From assembly GCA_965235115.1 (NCBI GenBank), contig OZ249436.1, forward strand, positions 5,582,001 to 5,646,000: DNA of 64,000 nt. Direction: 5' to 3'. A program made the translations under genes and the position numbers. Shown here one piece after another: positions 12,215-25,317 of the stretch (position 1 is its first letter; every line of letters starts with the position of its first letter). The notes under the pieces are model-generated. The model was not told the DNA's origin. It made no database searches and saw only the letters and a program-made list of their open reading frames with translations. This stretch comes from Laetmonice hystrix. Its lineage: Eukaryota.

Positions 12215-13665
12215 TAAGTTGGGAACTTGGGAGGTCATCCAGTTCTTACCACCACTTGACACCCCACAATGTGTGATTAGGCAGTTAGTCTTAATATTTA
12301 TGCAAACCCGAATGTTATAAAAATCAATCCTTAGCCTAGGCCTATTTATTTTATAGATTAGTTATACTCTAGAAACAGTGCGCTGCCGCTGCGCTCAAAA
12401 ACCTGTACTGGCCGGGTGTCGTGGGCCGCTGGTACAGCCGTCAACACGTTCATTGTCCTCATAATCGGCATTGGCTACTGTAGACTTTCTATGTTTATAT
12501 TTATACAGTTATAGCTTGGGTTCAATCTGTTTGTGCTTTCATTGTCACTTGTGACATCATAGTGTAGTTAACTACGTATTTTGATACATAATTCACTGAC
12601 AAAACGACAGTGCGTGCCTCGTTAGGTCAACTGTGGCTGTGACGTCATAGACATGACGTGCGGTGCAGTCTTGAATAGAAGGCTAGATCTAACGTAGACT
12701 GCACTCTTTTGCTGTCTAGCTCTCGTTTTATCGAAAGATACGACATAAGCAGAAACTTAAAAGGTCAGTAGATATTCTCAGAATATTTTAGCATTATAAT
12801 TTACCTGTTTAAACATCACCGTAGGCCCCTGATCCGACAGAGCTTAGCTTGGAACCTGGCTTTCTGTTGTGATATTTAACGTCAATATCAGGTTTTGGGC
12901 ACTTTTGAAATTTTCAAACGAAGCTCACTGTATTCATAAGTATAAGGAGTCTCGCTAAAAGGAAGACATCTATGGAGACCTTACGATGTGGGGAATAATT
13001 CTGGGTACTTTTTTGTATAGGTCGTCGCGACAGATTTTGCGTGGCAGCCTGCCAAACACGGAAAGGTCACACGTTTTTGGAAGTTTTCATTACACGTTTC
13101 TATGGTTTACATAGCTCGAAAGAAATGAAAATTATATGTAATCTGTCTAATTTCTATCCAACTCATAGCCTGGAATCTCTACTTTCATTTGCCACTATTC
13201 CTGTCCCGATCAACGAACTATGCACACCGCGAGCATACTTTTAATCAACTGAGGTGTCAAAAACTAGGTTGCCGCACTTAGGCCTGTACTATAGTTAAGG
13301 TGACTAGCCGTCGTGCGGCGCCACTGTCGCGCTGGCTCACTTTTTGGCCGCGAGTGGGATATCTTATCCTAGTACAATCTTTGACGTTATCGCCGGCCAG
13401 TCACTGGCCCAAGCGATGACAACGAACGTGTTGACGGCTCTACCAGCCCAAGACACCCGGCCAGTACACTGGTTTTTGAGCAGCCAGCAGCGCTCTAAAA
13501 TAACACTTTCTAACTATAAAATAATGATTTATTTTTATAACATTCGGGTTTGCATAAATATTAAGACTAACTGCCCACACTATTATCACCTAGAACGATA
13601 TAATAACATGTTCTGGGGTTTCAAGTGGGGGTTGAACTGGATGACCTCCCAAGTTCCCAATTTAC
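12215..13665. repeat. Inverted-duplicate segments C (12215-12450), A' (12455-13270), B' (13290-13390) and C' (13420-13665)
   Basis: Reverse-complement matches, e.g. TTGGGAACTTGGGAGGTCATCCAGTTC (12219) against GAACTGGATGACCTCCCAAGTTCCCAA (13634), and GCGACAGTGGCGCCGCACGACGGCTAGTC (11667) against 13302-13330. Confidence 0.85.
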
Positions 13666-13849
13666 GGTGTACTATAAAGTATAATAATAGGCTAGTGGAC
13701 TCCCACATTTCTTGGCGGACTCCTAAATTTTGCAACTTGTGAATCCTGCTGAGTAGTCCTAAAAAATCACGTACGAAATCTACCCCTGCGGTACAACTCC
13801 ATTCGACCCTGTCATAGTCGTGTCAGTGTCGCCATAGATCAATGAGTAA

Positions 13850-14307
13850 AGCGGTGTTTCCATTAACGCGGCTGCGGTCCGGCTGCGGTCCGGGCACGGG
13901 TACGGCTGATATCGCACGTCGTTGTTTTTAATGTAGGTGTTTCCATTAATGCGACCTCCGTACGGGGCCCGTACGGGCGTCGCATGCGGCTGTTCCCGAT
14001 CGCGTCATGGAGCGATTCGAGCACAGCCGCAGATGAGCCGCATGAGGGATCCCCTTGATCCTAGGTGGTCACGTGCATGTTGTTCACTCAAAAAATGGAT
14101 GGCACCATGCCTCACGTTGTCAGCAAGCAAGATATCCAAAAACATAACGAAAAACTTATCGATTCGGCAGGTGTATGGCCTATGACCTTATACCAACAAC
14201 AATGAGACGCAGCCGGGACGCACCTTTAAAAACAACGACGTGTCTTATCAGCCGTACCCGTGCCCGCACCGCAGCCGGGCCGCAGCCGCGTTAATGGAAA
14301 CACCGCT
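13850..14307. mobile_element. 458-bp PIF/Harbinger-like MITE, copy 1
   Basis: TIR AGCGGTGTTTCCATTAACGCGGCTGCGG with TAA and TTA flanks. A second copy lies in the opposite orientation at 48429-48886. Confidence 0.85.
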
Positions 14308-14399
14308 TTACTCATTGATCTATGGATGGTGTCGCGCTGTGGCGAGTGTGCCTGCAAGCTGCATGAGGCTGAGCCTGAGCCGAGGTGTGCCGTGCCGTG

Positions 14400-14680
14400 G
14401 TCCTTACCTGCGGCTGCGGTCACAGTTGGTGCATGTCGAACCGATAGCCACGCTATAATGTATCAGGCAACACACAGTTTTTCAATTATTGTCACCTGCC
14501 ATGATAATCACTTACCGTGTACCGTACGTCACCAAGTGTCATCGGCACTACCCCGTCCTTCACCTGTTCATCCACGGACCTTCATCCACGCGCTGCTGCT
14601 GAGGGAGCCTGCGTAAAACGTCACACCCCTATTTCTGATGACGTTTACACACTTCCGGTAGCAACCTGGCAACGTACCAC
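14400..14680. promoter_or_regulatory. Candidate TXN2 non-coding first exon(s) and promoter, possibly bidirectional
   Basis: Minus-strand donors ACG|GTAAGT (boundary 14516) and CAG|GTAAGG (14408). The region is CpG-rich, with an ETS motif ACTTCCGG (14651-58) overlapping RFX-like half sites GTAGCAAC-CTGGCAAC (14658-73). The TXN2 ATG exon has an acceptor at 5320-22, so an upstream exon is needed. Confidence 0.45.
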
Positions 14681-14959
14681 CACGCGGAAACACCTGAGGC
14701 TTACTCCCCAAAGAGAATGCCATCTGGAAAGGAAATGCCACATAGAAACGAGGCTGTGCTTAGCCCGAACGCGGCGAAGGTAGTGAAAAGAAAGAAGGCC
14801 GGCCAGCAGCGCAGTGGCACATCAGTACTCAGTACTCGAAGCTGCACTATAATGCTTCTGTAATATACAGCCCAACTTATCTTATTTATTTGTTGCACTC
14901 CATAGCTTTGCATTTTGATTTTACGCAACGTAAGTGGAATACGGACAGGAGGAGCCAGA

Positions 14960-16846
14960 TAATGATGCTAGTAGAGGGCAGAGAGCGAGGAGTGCAGACA
15001 CTGCTCCGATAAAGCCGGGCGTTTGTCTTTCCCTGCCTCCATTCAGAGGGAGTTGACACCAGGGGGCGCCACCACAAGTTCCTAGATGGCATCTGCGAGT
15101 AAAGGTCTTTTTTACTTGATAAATGAAAATAAAAAAATTCTCAGCCTCATTTACGGATATGGGCAGACAGCTGATGACCAGGGCAGTCCATTAGAATGGC
15201 CAAAATTATGCTATATCGTGTTTCTGAGATGCTAGAGCGCGAGGAGTAAAGAGCATGCCACTTAGGGAGATGCCATTTAGAACCGGAAGTTTCCAGATGG
15301 CATATGAAAGAGTAAAGGTCTATACTACTTGATAAATGGAAATAAAAAAATTCTCAGCCTGATTTATGGATAGGAATCGACAGATATTGATAGGGGCAAT
15401 GCATTAGAGTGATCAAAATTATGCTACATCGTGTTTTGTGGATGCTAGAGGGCAGAGAGTGGGGAGTGCAGACGATGCTCCGATATCGTTTTTCTCTGCC
15501 TCCATTCGTAGAGAGTTGACACCAGGGGGCGCCACCACAAGTTCCTAAATGGCATCTGCGAGTAAAGGTCTGTTTTACGTGATAAATGAAAATAAAAAAT
15601 TTCTCAGCCTCATTTACGGATATGGGAAGACAGATGATGACCAGGGCAATCCATTAGAATGGCCAAAATTATGCTACATCGTGTTTCTTAGATGCTAGAG
15701 CGCGAGGAGTAAAGAGCATGCCACTTAGAGAGATGCCAAGTAGAGCCGGAAGTTTCCAAATGGCATATGAAAGAGTAAAGGTCTGTTTTACTTGATAAAT
15801 GGAAATTAAAAAAATCTCAGCCTGATTTATGGATAGGAATCGACAGATAATGATAGGGGCAATGCATTAGAATGATTAAAATTATGCTACATCGTGTTTT
15901 GTGGATGCTAGAGGGCAGAGAGTGGGGAGGGCAGACGATGCTCCGATATCGTTTTTCTCTGCCTCCATTCGTAGAGAGTTGACACCAGGGGGCGCCACCA
16001 CAAGTTCCTAAATGGCATCTGCGAGTAAAGGTCTGTTTTACGTGATAAATGAAAATAAAAAATTTCTCAGCCTCATTTACGGATATGGGAAGACAGATGA
16101 TGACCAGGGCAATCCATTAGAATGGCCAAAATTATGCTACATCGTGTTTCTTAGATGCTAGAGCGCGAGGAGTAAAGAGCATGCCACTTAGAGAGATGCC
16201 AAGTAGAGCCGGAAGTTTCCAAATGGCATATGAAAGAGTAAAGGTCTGTTTTACTTGATAAATGGAAATTAAAAAAATCTCAGCCTGATTTATGGATAGG
16301 AATCGACAGATAATGATAGGGGCAATGCATTAGAATGATTAAAATTATGCTACATCGTGTTTTGTGGATGCTAGAGGGCAGAGAGTGGGGAGGGCAGACG
16401 ATGCTCCGATATCGTTTTTCTCTGCCTCCATTCGTAGAGAGTTGACACCAGGGGGCGCCACCACAAGTTCCTAAATGGCATCTGCGAGTAAAGGTCTGTT
16501 TTACGTGATAAATGAAAATAAAAAATTTCTCAGCCTCATTTACGGATATGGGAAGACAGATGATGACCAGGGCAATCCATTAGAATGGCCAAAATTATGC
16601 TACATCGTGTTTCTTAGATGCTAGAGCGCGAGGAGTAAAGAGCATGCCACTTAGAGAGATGCCAAGTAGAGCCGGAAGTTTCCAAATGGCATATGAAAGA
16701 GTAAAGGTCTGTTTTACTTGATAAATGGAAATTTAAAAAATCTCAGCCTGATTTATGGATAGGAATCGACAGATAATGATAGGGGCAATGCATTAGAATG
16801 ATCAAAATTATGCTACATCGTGTTTTGTGGATGCTAGAGGGCAGAG
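14960..16846 (+). repeat. 463-bp tandem array (dimer of ~230-bp subunits), about 4 units, left arm
   Basis: TGACACCAGGGGGCGCCAC recurs at 15054, 15517, 15980 and 16443. The alternate subunit carries CCGGAAGT. Confidence 0.95.
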
Positions 16847-17268
16847 GGTCCCAGGACGTTTCGATCGCGTACCAGTTCGAGCGCCGCTCCATTGCCAGTT
16901 CGAGCGCGAACCAGTTTGAGCACCGACCAGTTGAGCGGGCCTCCGTCGGCGGAGCCGCCCGCGTGTTACGCCCGCTCGTCGGGGGTAGATTTCGATCGAG
17001 ACCGCTGAGCGCGGCCAGTTGAGCGCGGCCCCGTTCGAGCGGCCGTAGGGAGGACACTGTCACTGTCAGTGTCGCAATATGACTAATGGCCACTAGTAAT
17101 ATCATCATACGAAAGATAGGGATACAATTCTTGCTGACTTCTGAGAACGGAACTTGTGAAATACAGGCCGAGTTGTGAAATAGTCGCGCTCGAAGTGGTC
17201 GGCGTCGGCGCTCGAAGTCGAAGTGGCCGGCGCTCGAACTGGTTCGCGCACGAAACGTCCAGACCCCA
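16846..17268. mobile_element. MITE with ~40-bp TIRs and TTCGAGCGC subrepeats, abutting or truncating the left arm
   Basis: GGGTCCCAGGACGTTTCGATCGCGTACCAGTTCGAGCGCC ... GGCGCTCGAACTGGTTCGCGCACGAAACGTCCAGACCC. No TSD visible. Confidence 0.7.
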
Positions 17269-17553
17269 AACAGTCTAACTAATGCCAAACTTGGCCGAAA
17301 TTGATGTAAATCGAGATTTAATTGACATCCATGGCCCATAGAGTAGGCTCCTATATAGACGAGATCTAGGCTTTTCGTGACAACTAGATCTAGGCCTATA
17401 GGTAAACGGTGGCGGATCCTGACTGTCACTCAGTCTCAGGTAGCTTGAGCGGCAGTCATTGCTTTGTTTGCGGCTGTTCGCGGCTTCCGACCGTCACCCT
17501 CGCAGCTACACTGCCGTTACAGTCAGGCCTGAGCTAGTTACAGTCAGGCTGCC

Positions 17554-20468
17554 ATGGTGAGTTTGTCTTGACTTTGGGTCCGCCCCTCCTACAAACCTAT
17601 AAAAATTTGACCCAACTTGTATTTTGCCCAGTTGTCGGAACAATCGGCAGCACAACAACAGGCTTGTGCCAAGTTGTGGGCGGTGGCTCCCAGACCCATT
17701 GCCGAGTGGCAGAGCGCTCTCTGGCCTTGACAAATATTTTTCGGATGCTGCTGAGTGCTGATTACTCCAAGGAAACGCAAATAATTTGTTGTCCTGGTGG
17801 TCACATATCATAGCTATACACACCATCGGGACATTTTTCTAACTTAAAATGTATTTTATAAAATGAATATCACTCTAGATCACAGGCTACGTAACGCCTC
17901 GAGCAGTGGCACACACAGGGAATCCCAAAACGTCTGAAAGACCGTTCTCGATTTGACGTCATTATCTGGTGCGGGTTTTGAATGGCATTTCGTTTCTAGG
18001 GCCGTTGCTATGGGCCGTTCTAATTAACGGGTGGACATAATAAAACGCAATTAACGAATTTTATTCCTCTATCTTATTACATTCAGTACATATCATGAGA
18101 TGCCTTCTAAATGACAGTTGACAGTACATCTTTAAGCATTGTGAACACTGACATTTCAAGTTAACGGCTAGAGGAAACCATACTTAGGCTAATGTTGTCA
18201 CAATCATGTTTTGCAGATAAGACAAACATCGTCTCAAACTGAACATGAACCTGAGAATAGAAGTTGATAGTTAAAGCAACTGTATCATGTCCTTTCTTGT
18301 TCATCTGGTTTGATGTTCTGTTTACATACATACCATTCTCTCAATATACAGAACAGTGACCCGAGAAGAAAATACGGGCGAACCGGGGCTGAGAAAGTGC
18401 CAGACTATGCCAAGCTCACTCGCCTTGAGGAACTTTTACTAGGTTATGCGGGTGAGGAAATAGTCACAGGTGAGCATTCCATTTATACATAACCTGAAAG
18501 CATTTATCACCGCCTGTTTTTCACCAGTAGTATTCTGGTTGTGTTGTAGATTATTACAGACTTGCTGTACAGAGGTGGGATAATACAATTTTATTTTATC
18601 TTATCTGCTCTCGAAGCGTCCCTTTTAAGTTAATTTTGTAGGTGTAGCAGCAAGGGGCCTTTCTTTCAACCTGTGAGGTGACCTGAGTTTTGGTGATCAT
18701 TTATTTGACAGGAATTACAGGCTTGTCGGCGGCACCTACACTAAGACTCCCAGGGCGAGTAGGCTACTGCTCTCAAATGACCCGAAGGATGGAAGGGTAG
18801 GCTCGGGAACGGTAAAGCAACGAGTCTTGAAGGGATGAAAAAAAGCAAGAAACCTAAGGATATAGAACCTTCGTCAGAGAGCTCTACAGAATCAGAAAGG
18901 TCCTTCACTATGGACCAATTCGATGTCATGAGAAACACAGATGAAGATGACAGTGAAGAGGATGGAGAAGGATCTGAAGGTTCGTCATCCTCGGAGAGTG
19001 GTTACTCTGTTGGTGGGTATCATGAGCAGTAATTGGGATTACACTAACAGATTCCTGAAAGGCAATGTCTTAGGTTGCTCACGTAACCAAATAATACCAA
19101 CATTACAAAACATAGCAAAATGTTCACAAACGATAGGACACTGTGCAGGACAGAGTCTGCAGCAGAAAAACCAGTCTGTCGATGATGTTAACGAAACGCC
19201 AAGAGACGCCAAGAATCCAACCTACCAGTACATGTATACTAGTCCTAGAACATCGTTTCAGTAGACCTTACATGAAAGGATGGAAGTATGGGCCTCGTTC
19301 ATTGTTTGGTGTTAGAAAAAAGCTTGTGTTTGAGACCTGAATTTTCACCGAATTTATCTTGAACCAGCTAGAGGTTTGTATGCATCTTTCAGAAACCTAT
19401 CATTCTGATTATCTAAATTGTCTGTCCATTGACAGTTGAAAAGGTTTGGCAGACCAATCAGCAAGTCATGCCAAGTACCTCAACCAGTACCACAGTCTTC
19501 CCTCAAAAGAAAGCAACGATCCGGTCGAGTACTGGAGCGTCAGGATCCCGACCACCATCCCCTGAGCGGAGGCAGCATTATGATCTCTTAGAGAAGGTCA
19601 CAGACCATCTGGACAACGGCATGACCACAATGGAGCGGCTGATGGAGAGAATGATACAGACGCATGAGAATACAGTTATAGGCGAGTTCACAAGTGAGCT
19701 CTAGGTAATTTAGCTAAACCTTTCTCTACTCGTTATCGCTGAACACTGTACACTGCTGTTAATAATTTAATAATTTAAGAGCAGCACAAAGTGATAAATA
19801 CTTGACATTGTATTTCGAAACACTCTTTTACAGTTCTGGCCTCCCTTGTTGATGGAAAAGACAAAAAGAGCTGTCATAAATACTGTTAAACCGACGGTGA
19901 AGGAATCATCCAGGAGCCCCAAATTCCTATCTACGATGGGAGTAATGGCAACTACCTTGGCCAGGCTATTGGTATGTAGCCCATGACCAGTCATGGTTAA
20001 CACACGACCACAAATCCATGTGATGACAAATTACACTGTACAAATTACACAATAGCTAATGTTACCATGTTTTCAACAACTGATGTAGTAGGCCTAATCC
20101 ACTGTATCATGACAAGACTTGTGAGAAAACACAACTATTGTATATCACCGGGAACATCGTTATGTTAAGCTGTCCTTGATGGGTTTTTTTTAGTAGAGAG
20201 ACCACTATTTACATTGCAGTTGAGGTTGAACCAGCACCGTCGCCAGCAGCGACCAAGGTGGAAGATGTTTCCAAACAAGTCCCGACCAAGGACACATCTG
20301 TGCAGCACGTCCCCACCTCCTGCTGATGAAGATGACATCCAAGCGCTCATAAACACTGTAAAAAACTACAGCGGAGAAGATGTGCACCCACCAGTCGGAA
20401 TCAGTACCTGTTCAATACCACGAAATCTGCCTAATCCTCTCTGCAGCAAGGCCAACATGGAAACGTAA
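17554..20468 (+). pseudogene. Decayed spliced cargo gene, possibly a Myb/SANT-like (Harbinger accessory-type) DNA-binding protein
   Basis: ATG|GTGAGT at 17554. Exon ~18351-18469 encodes RRKYGRTGAEKVPDYAKLTRLEELLLGYAGEEIVT and splices to GITG, resembling the post-SANT TGG...LT.LEE.....G...V.GI segment. An acidic/Ser-rich exon (~18712-19000, frameshifted), a coiled-coil-like exon (~19435-19680) and a frameshifted last exon (~20219-20468) follow. Confidence 0.4.
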
Positions 20469-21294
20469 CAAGCGCCACTAATTCTATGTCTAGGAACTAA
20501 TGCACTTTAAAGGTCGCTACTTTATGGCGCTAAAGAAGAACGTTCGCTGGTTGTCAAGGCCATATATATGAGGGCTGCCAGGCGGCCAGTCAAAATATTC
20601 CAGAGGCATTTTAGGGCATTTCCGAGATCATTTTTGAATTTTGATCCCCCAAAACGTTTTTTAACCCAAAATGGTTAAGAAAAATTTTGATTAAAAAATG
20701 CAAAATAATAACACTTGTACTGGTCATAATTTCCACTTTTTGATTTTTTTTTTCTAGCTGTGCCTACAATTTTTATACGGTGAAATTTAAAAAAAACATG
20801 GATTTAGCCCCAAAACACATATTTTCCCTAGAAAAGTGAATAAAACTACCACTTGGGAATGCCCATCATACTGAAACATGTGCCCCAGGTGATGATCTTT
20901 CAAAAAATATAGTGAGCCTTTGTCTCTCGAGATGTTACCAAAACGCGAATTTTAGGGGATTGGCCCATGGACTATATGAAAAATTGCAGTCAAGAAATAC
21001 TGCCAGATTTTGACGCATTACTGCAATATTTCATGATTGCAATACTTCGTCGCACACCTGTGCCCAGCTCTCGTGGTCCCCACCCCCCACCCCACCACCG
21101 CCACCACCACCACCACCACCCTTCAGGACATTACTAGTTATGCCGCTTTCTACTTTTTAAAAACTACTTTTTCATGTGCAAATACTTTATACGAATTTTT
21201 CTACCGAATCTATTATGTTGGCTGGGAAAGGACCTGCAACCTTTTCTATTTTTTGCCTTTCTATTTTTCTGCGATCTGATTTCCCGACTTTTCA

Positions 21295-23817
21295 CTTTAA
21301 GTGGCATACTCTTTACTCCTCGCGCTCTAAAATAATAATAATTTTGGCCATTCTAATGGATTGCCCATATCATTATCTATCGCTTCTTATCCATAAATCA
21401 GACAGATTTTTTTATTTCCATTTATCAAGTAAAACAGACCTTTACTCGCAGATGCCATTTAGGAACTTGTGGTGGCGCCCCCTGGTGTCAACTCTCTACG
21501 AATGGAGGCAGAGAAAGACGGTATCGGAGCATCGTCTGCACTCCCCACTCTCTGCCCTCTAGCATCCACAAAACACGATGTAGCATAACTTTGATCACTC
21601 TAATGCATTGCCCCTATCATTATATCTGTCGATTCCTATCCATAAATCAGGCTGAGATTTTTTTATTTTCATTTATCAAGTAAAACAGACCTTTACTCTT
21701 TCATATGCCATTTGGAAACTTCCGGTTCTACTTGGCATCTCTCTAAGTGGCATGCTCTTTACTCCTCGCGCTCTAGCATCTAAGAAACACGATGTAGCAT
21801 AATTTTGGCCATTCTAATGGATTGCCCTGGTCATCATCTGTCTTCCCATATCCGTAAATGAGGCTGAGAAATTTTTTATTTTCATTTGTCACGTAAAACA
21901 GACCTTTACTCGCAGATGCCATTTAGGAACTTGTGGTGGCGCCCCCTGGTGTCAACTCTCTACGAATGGAGGCAGAGAAAGACGGTATCGGAGCATCGTC
22001 TGCACTCCCCACTCTCTGCCCTCTAGCATCCACAAAACACGATGTAGCATAATTTTGATCATTCTAATGCATTGCCCCTATCATTATCTGTCGATTCCTA
22101 TCCATAAATCAGGCTGAGATTTTTTTATTTTCATTTATCAAGTAAAACAGACCTTTACTCTTTCATATGCCATTTGGAAACTTCCGGTTCTACTTGGCAT
22201 CTCTCTAAGTGGCATGCTCTTTACTCCTCGCGCTCTAGCATCTAAGAAACACGATGTAGCATAATTTTGGCCATTCTAATGAATTGCCCTGGTCATCATC
22301 TGTCTTCCCATATCCGTAAATGAGGCTGAGAATTTTTTTATTTTCATTTGTCACGTAAAACAGACCTTTACTCGCAGATGCCATTTAGGAACTTGTGGTG
22401 GCGCCCCCTGGTGTCAACTCTCTACGAATGGAGGCAGAGAAAGACGGTATCGGAGCATCGTCTGCACTCCCCACTCTCTGCCCTCTAGCATCCACAAAAC
22501 ACGATGTAGCATAATTTTGATCATTCTAATGCATTGCCCTTATCATTATCTGTCGATTCCTATCCATAAATCAGGCTGAGAATTTTTTTATTTCCATTTA
22601 TCAAGTAGTATAGACCTTTACTCTTTCATATGCCATTTGGAAACTTCCGGCTCTACTTGGCATCTCTCTAAGTGGCATGCTCTTTACTCCTCGCGCTCTA
22701 GCATCTAAGAAACACGATGTAGCATAATTTTGGCCATTCTAATGGATTGCCCTGGTCATCATCTGTCTTCCCATATCCGTAAATGAGGCTGAGAAATTTT
22801 TTATTTTCATTTGTCACGTAAAACAGACCTTTACTCGCAGATGCCATTTAGGAACTTGTGGTGGCGCCCCCTGGTGTCAACTCTCTACGAATGGAGGCAG
22901 AGAAAGACGATATCGGAGCATCGTCTGCACTCCCCACTCTCTGCCCTCTAGCATCCACAAAACACGATGTAGCATAATTTTGATCATTCTAATGCATTGC
23001 CCCTATCATTATCTGTCGATTCCTATCCATAAATCAGGCTGAGATTTTTTTAATTTCCATTTATCAAGTAAAACAGACCTTTACTCTTTCATATGCCATT
23101 TGGAAACTTCCGGCTCTACTTGGCATCTCTCTAACTAAGTGGCATGCTCTTTACTCCTCGCGCTCTAGCATCTAAGAAACACGATGTAGCATAATTTTGG
23201 CCATTCTAATGGATTGCCCTGGTCATCATCTGTCTTCCCATATCCGTAAATGAGGCTGAGAATTTTTTTATTTTCATTTATCACGTAAAACAGACCTTTA
23301 CTCGCAGATGCCATTTAGGAACTTGTGGTGGCGCCCCCTGGTGTCAACTCTCTACGAATGGAGGCAGAGAAAGACGATATCGGAGCATCGTCTGCACTCC
23401 CCACTCTCTGCCCTCTAGCATCCACAAAACACGATGTAGCATAATTTTGATCATTCTAATGCATTGCCCCTATCATTATCTGTCGATTCCTATCCATAAA
23501 TCAGGCTGAGAATTTTTTTATTTCCATTTATCAAGTAAAACAGACCTTTACTCTTTCATATGCCATTTGGAAACTTCCGGCTCTACTTGGCATCTCTCTA
23601 AGTGGCATGCTCTTTACTCCTCGCGCTCTAGCATCTAAGAAACACGATGTAGCATAATTTTGGCCATTCTGATGGATTGCCCTGGTCATCAGCTGTCTTC
23701 CCTTATCCGTAAACTAGGCTGAGAATTTTTTTATTTTCATTTATCAAGCAAAACAGACCTTTACTCTCATATGCCAGGTATGAAGTTGTAGTGGCGCCCC
23801 CTAGTGTCAACTCTCTC
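21295..23817 (-). repeat. Same 463-bp tandem array in inverted orientation, about 5.5 units, right arm
   Basis: GTGGCGCCCCCTRGTGTCA at 21472, 21936, 22398, 22861, 23328 and 23791. Confidence 0.95.
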
Positions 23818-25317
23818 CAGGGGCGCCGCTGCCGGGGGGGACGGGGCCGGGGGACATGCCCCCCCCCCCCCAGTTTTGCTGGCGACCTAAAAAGGTCAAA
23901 GGCTCCTTGAAGTTGAAGCTAGGCCTAATAGATAGATCTACAGGTTTTCTTATACTCCCTATGCCTAGCTTTTTAAGGTGAATTGCCCATGGGAGGCAAA
24001 TTAAAGATAGATTTTAATCATTTTTAATCTTGGCCTTCGCAGGCCTAAGCCTATGTCATGTGTTTAGGAGATAGGTCTATGCTTTGCTGTTCTATAATTA
24101 ATATGGGCCTAACCGCGGCCTAGATCCCCTGCAGCTTCCCTGTGTACCTTAGTCCTACCACACTGGCGGATCCAGGGTAGGGGGTCACATAGGGTCTGGA
24201 CCCCCCTAAAATATATATATTTCATGGCGCCCCTCCTGCCGTTCATGGCGCCTCACGGCATTGTAGGGCTACATAAAACTTTTGACATCATTGGTCTTTA
24301 AATAGCTTTGTGCTCCAAAATGCATCAGATTTCACCAAATTACACCTTGAATTTGAAAAATTTCCGGGGGGCATGCCCCCGGACCCCCTAGCAAGGCTTT
24401 GTGCCTTCGGCGCTCGTACAGTCACACCGGTTGCGTCCCTAAAAACGTTGGCCCCCCTACTTGAAAAAGCTGGATCTGCCCCTGTACCGTCTCTTGCTTA
24501 ATTAGCTCATAGACCTGAATATTCAGGTCAATCTTAAGCTCTAGGAAATCTAGGCCACGCTTTAATTATTGTCTGACAGCGTTAGGCCTGCGGCCGTCAA
24601 CATTTTTCACCCCCATGTTGGGCCTTCCTATTTGATTTTGAAGAAAAAGACCTCATGCGTGAATGTATTCAAATAATGAGTGAAGTTTACCAATTTTTAC
24701 TAGGCCTAGTGTGGTAGAATAGAAAGTGGCAAGTAGGATGGGGATGGTCTCTATTTTATTTGGTGTGTTTTAGGCCTAATCGTCAACTTTTTTGGCTTCT
24801 GATAAATATTGCTTGATACTGTTTTTGTGACGTCAACGGCCAGGTGAGGCCCACCTAAAAAATTTGTTTTGCCTCGCTACGCTCGGCATGATTTCATTGT
24901 AACTGTAGGTACTAATAGTATAATACATCTTCATACAAAAAAGGAAGATCTAAGGGGAGGCAAGCCCCCTGATTAATCCCTCACTGATTAATACATTAAT
25001 CTTTCAAAAAAAAAAGCAAAAGGTCGGCACCGAAAGCTCTTTAGTTTGATGCTGAGAAGCCGGGAAATAGCACCGACGGCCTTTTATATTCCCAAAGTCG
25101 GAGCTCCCCCCCCCCTTTCGGCGCGTGGCACGTTCTGACACCCCCCCCCCCCCCCCCCCCCCAAAGAAAATCCTGGGTCCGCCCCTTGGGGGGGGGGGGG
25201 GGGTGAATACACTGTTATTTTGAAATTCTTATGGTACATAAATCTCGGGGGAAAAGGTCAAACACACCAAGATTGCCCCCCCCCCCCCCCACTTTGAAAT
25301 AGGCAGCGGCGCCCCTG
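23818..25317. mobile_element. hAT/P-like non-autonomous element inserted in the right arm; contains a nested MITE
   Basis: TIR CAGGGGCGCCGCTGCC with a 7-bp duplication CTCTCTC on both sides. The left arm shows the uninterrupted site. Confidence 0.85.

Noticed and set aside
15165..15200. CTGATGA in the arm repeat as a hammerhead ribozyme core
   Set aside because: Not conserved in other units (GATGATGA), and no stem II followed by GAAA.
16743..17429. 228-aa minus-strand ORF
   Set aside because: Runs through a GC-rich MITE and a satellite unit, with no recognisable domain.
17506..17826. THAP-like words (LFAFP, CCAADCS) on the minus strand
   Set aside because: They are in different frames and the wrong order, and the C-terminal CxxHF motif is absent.
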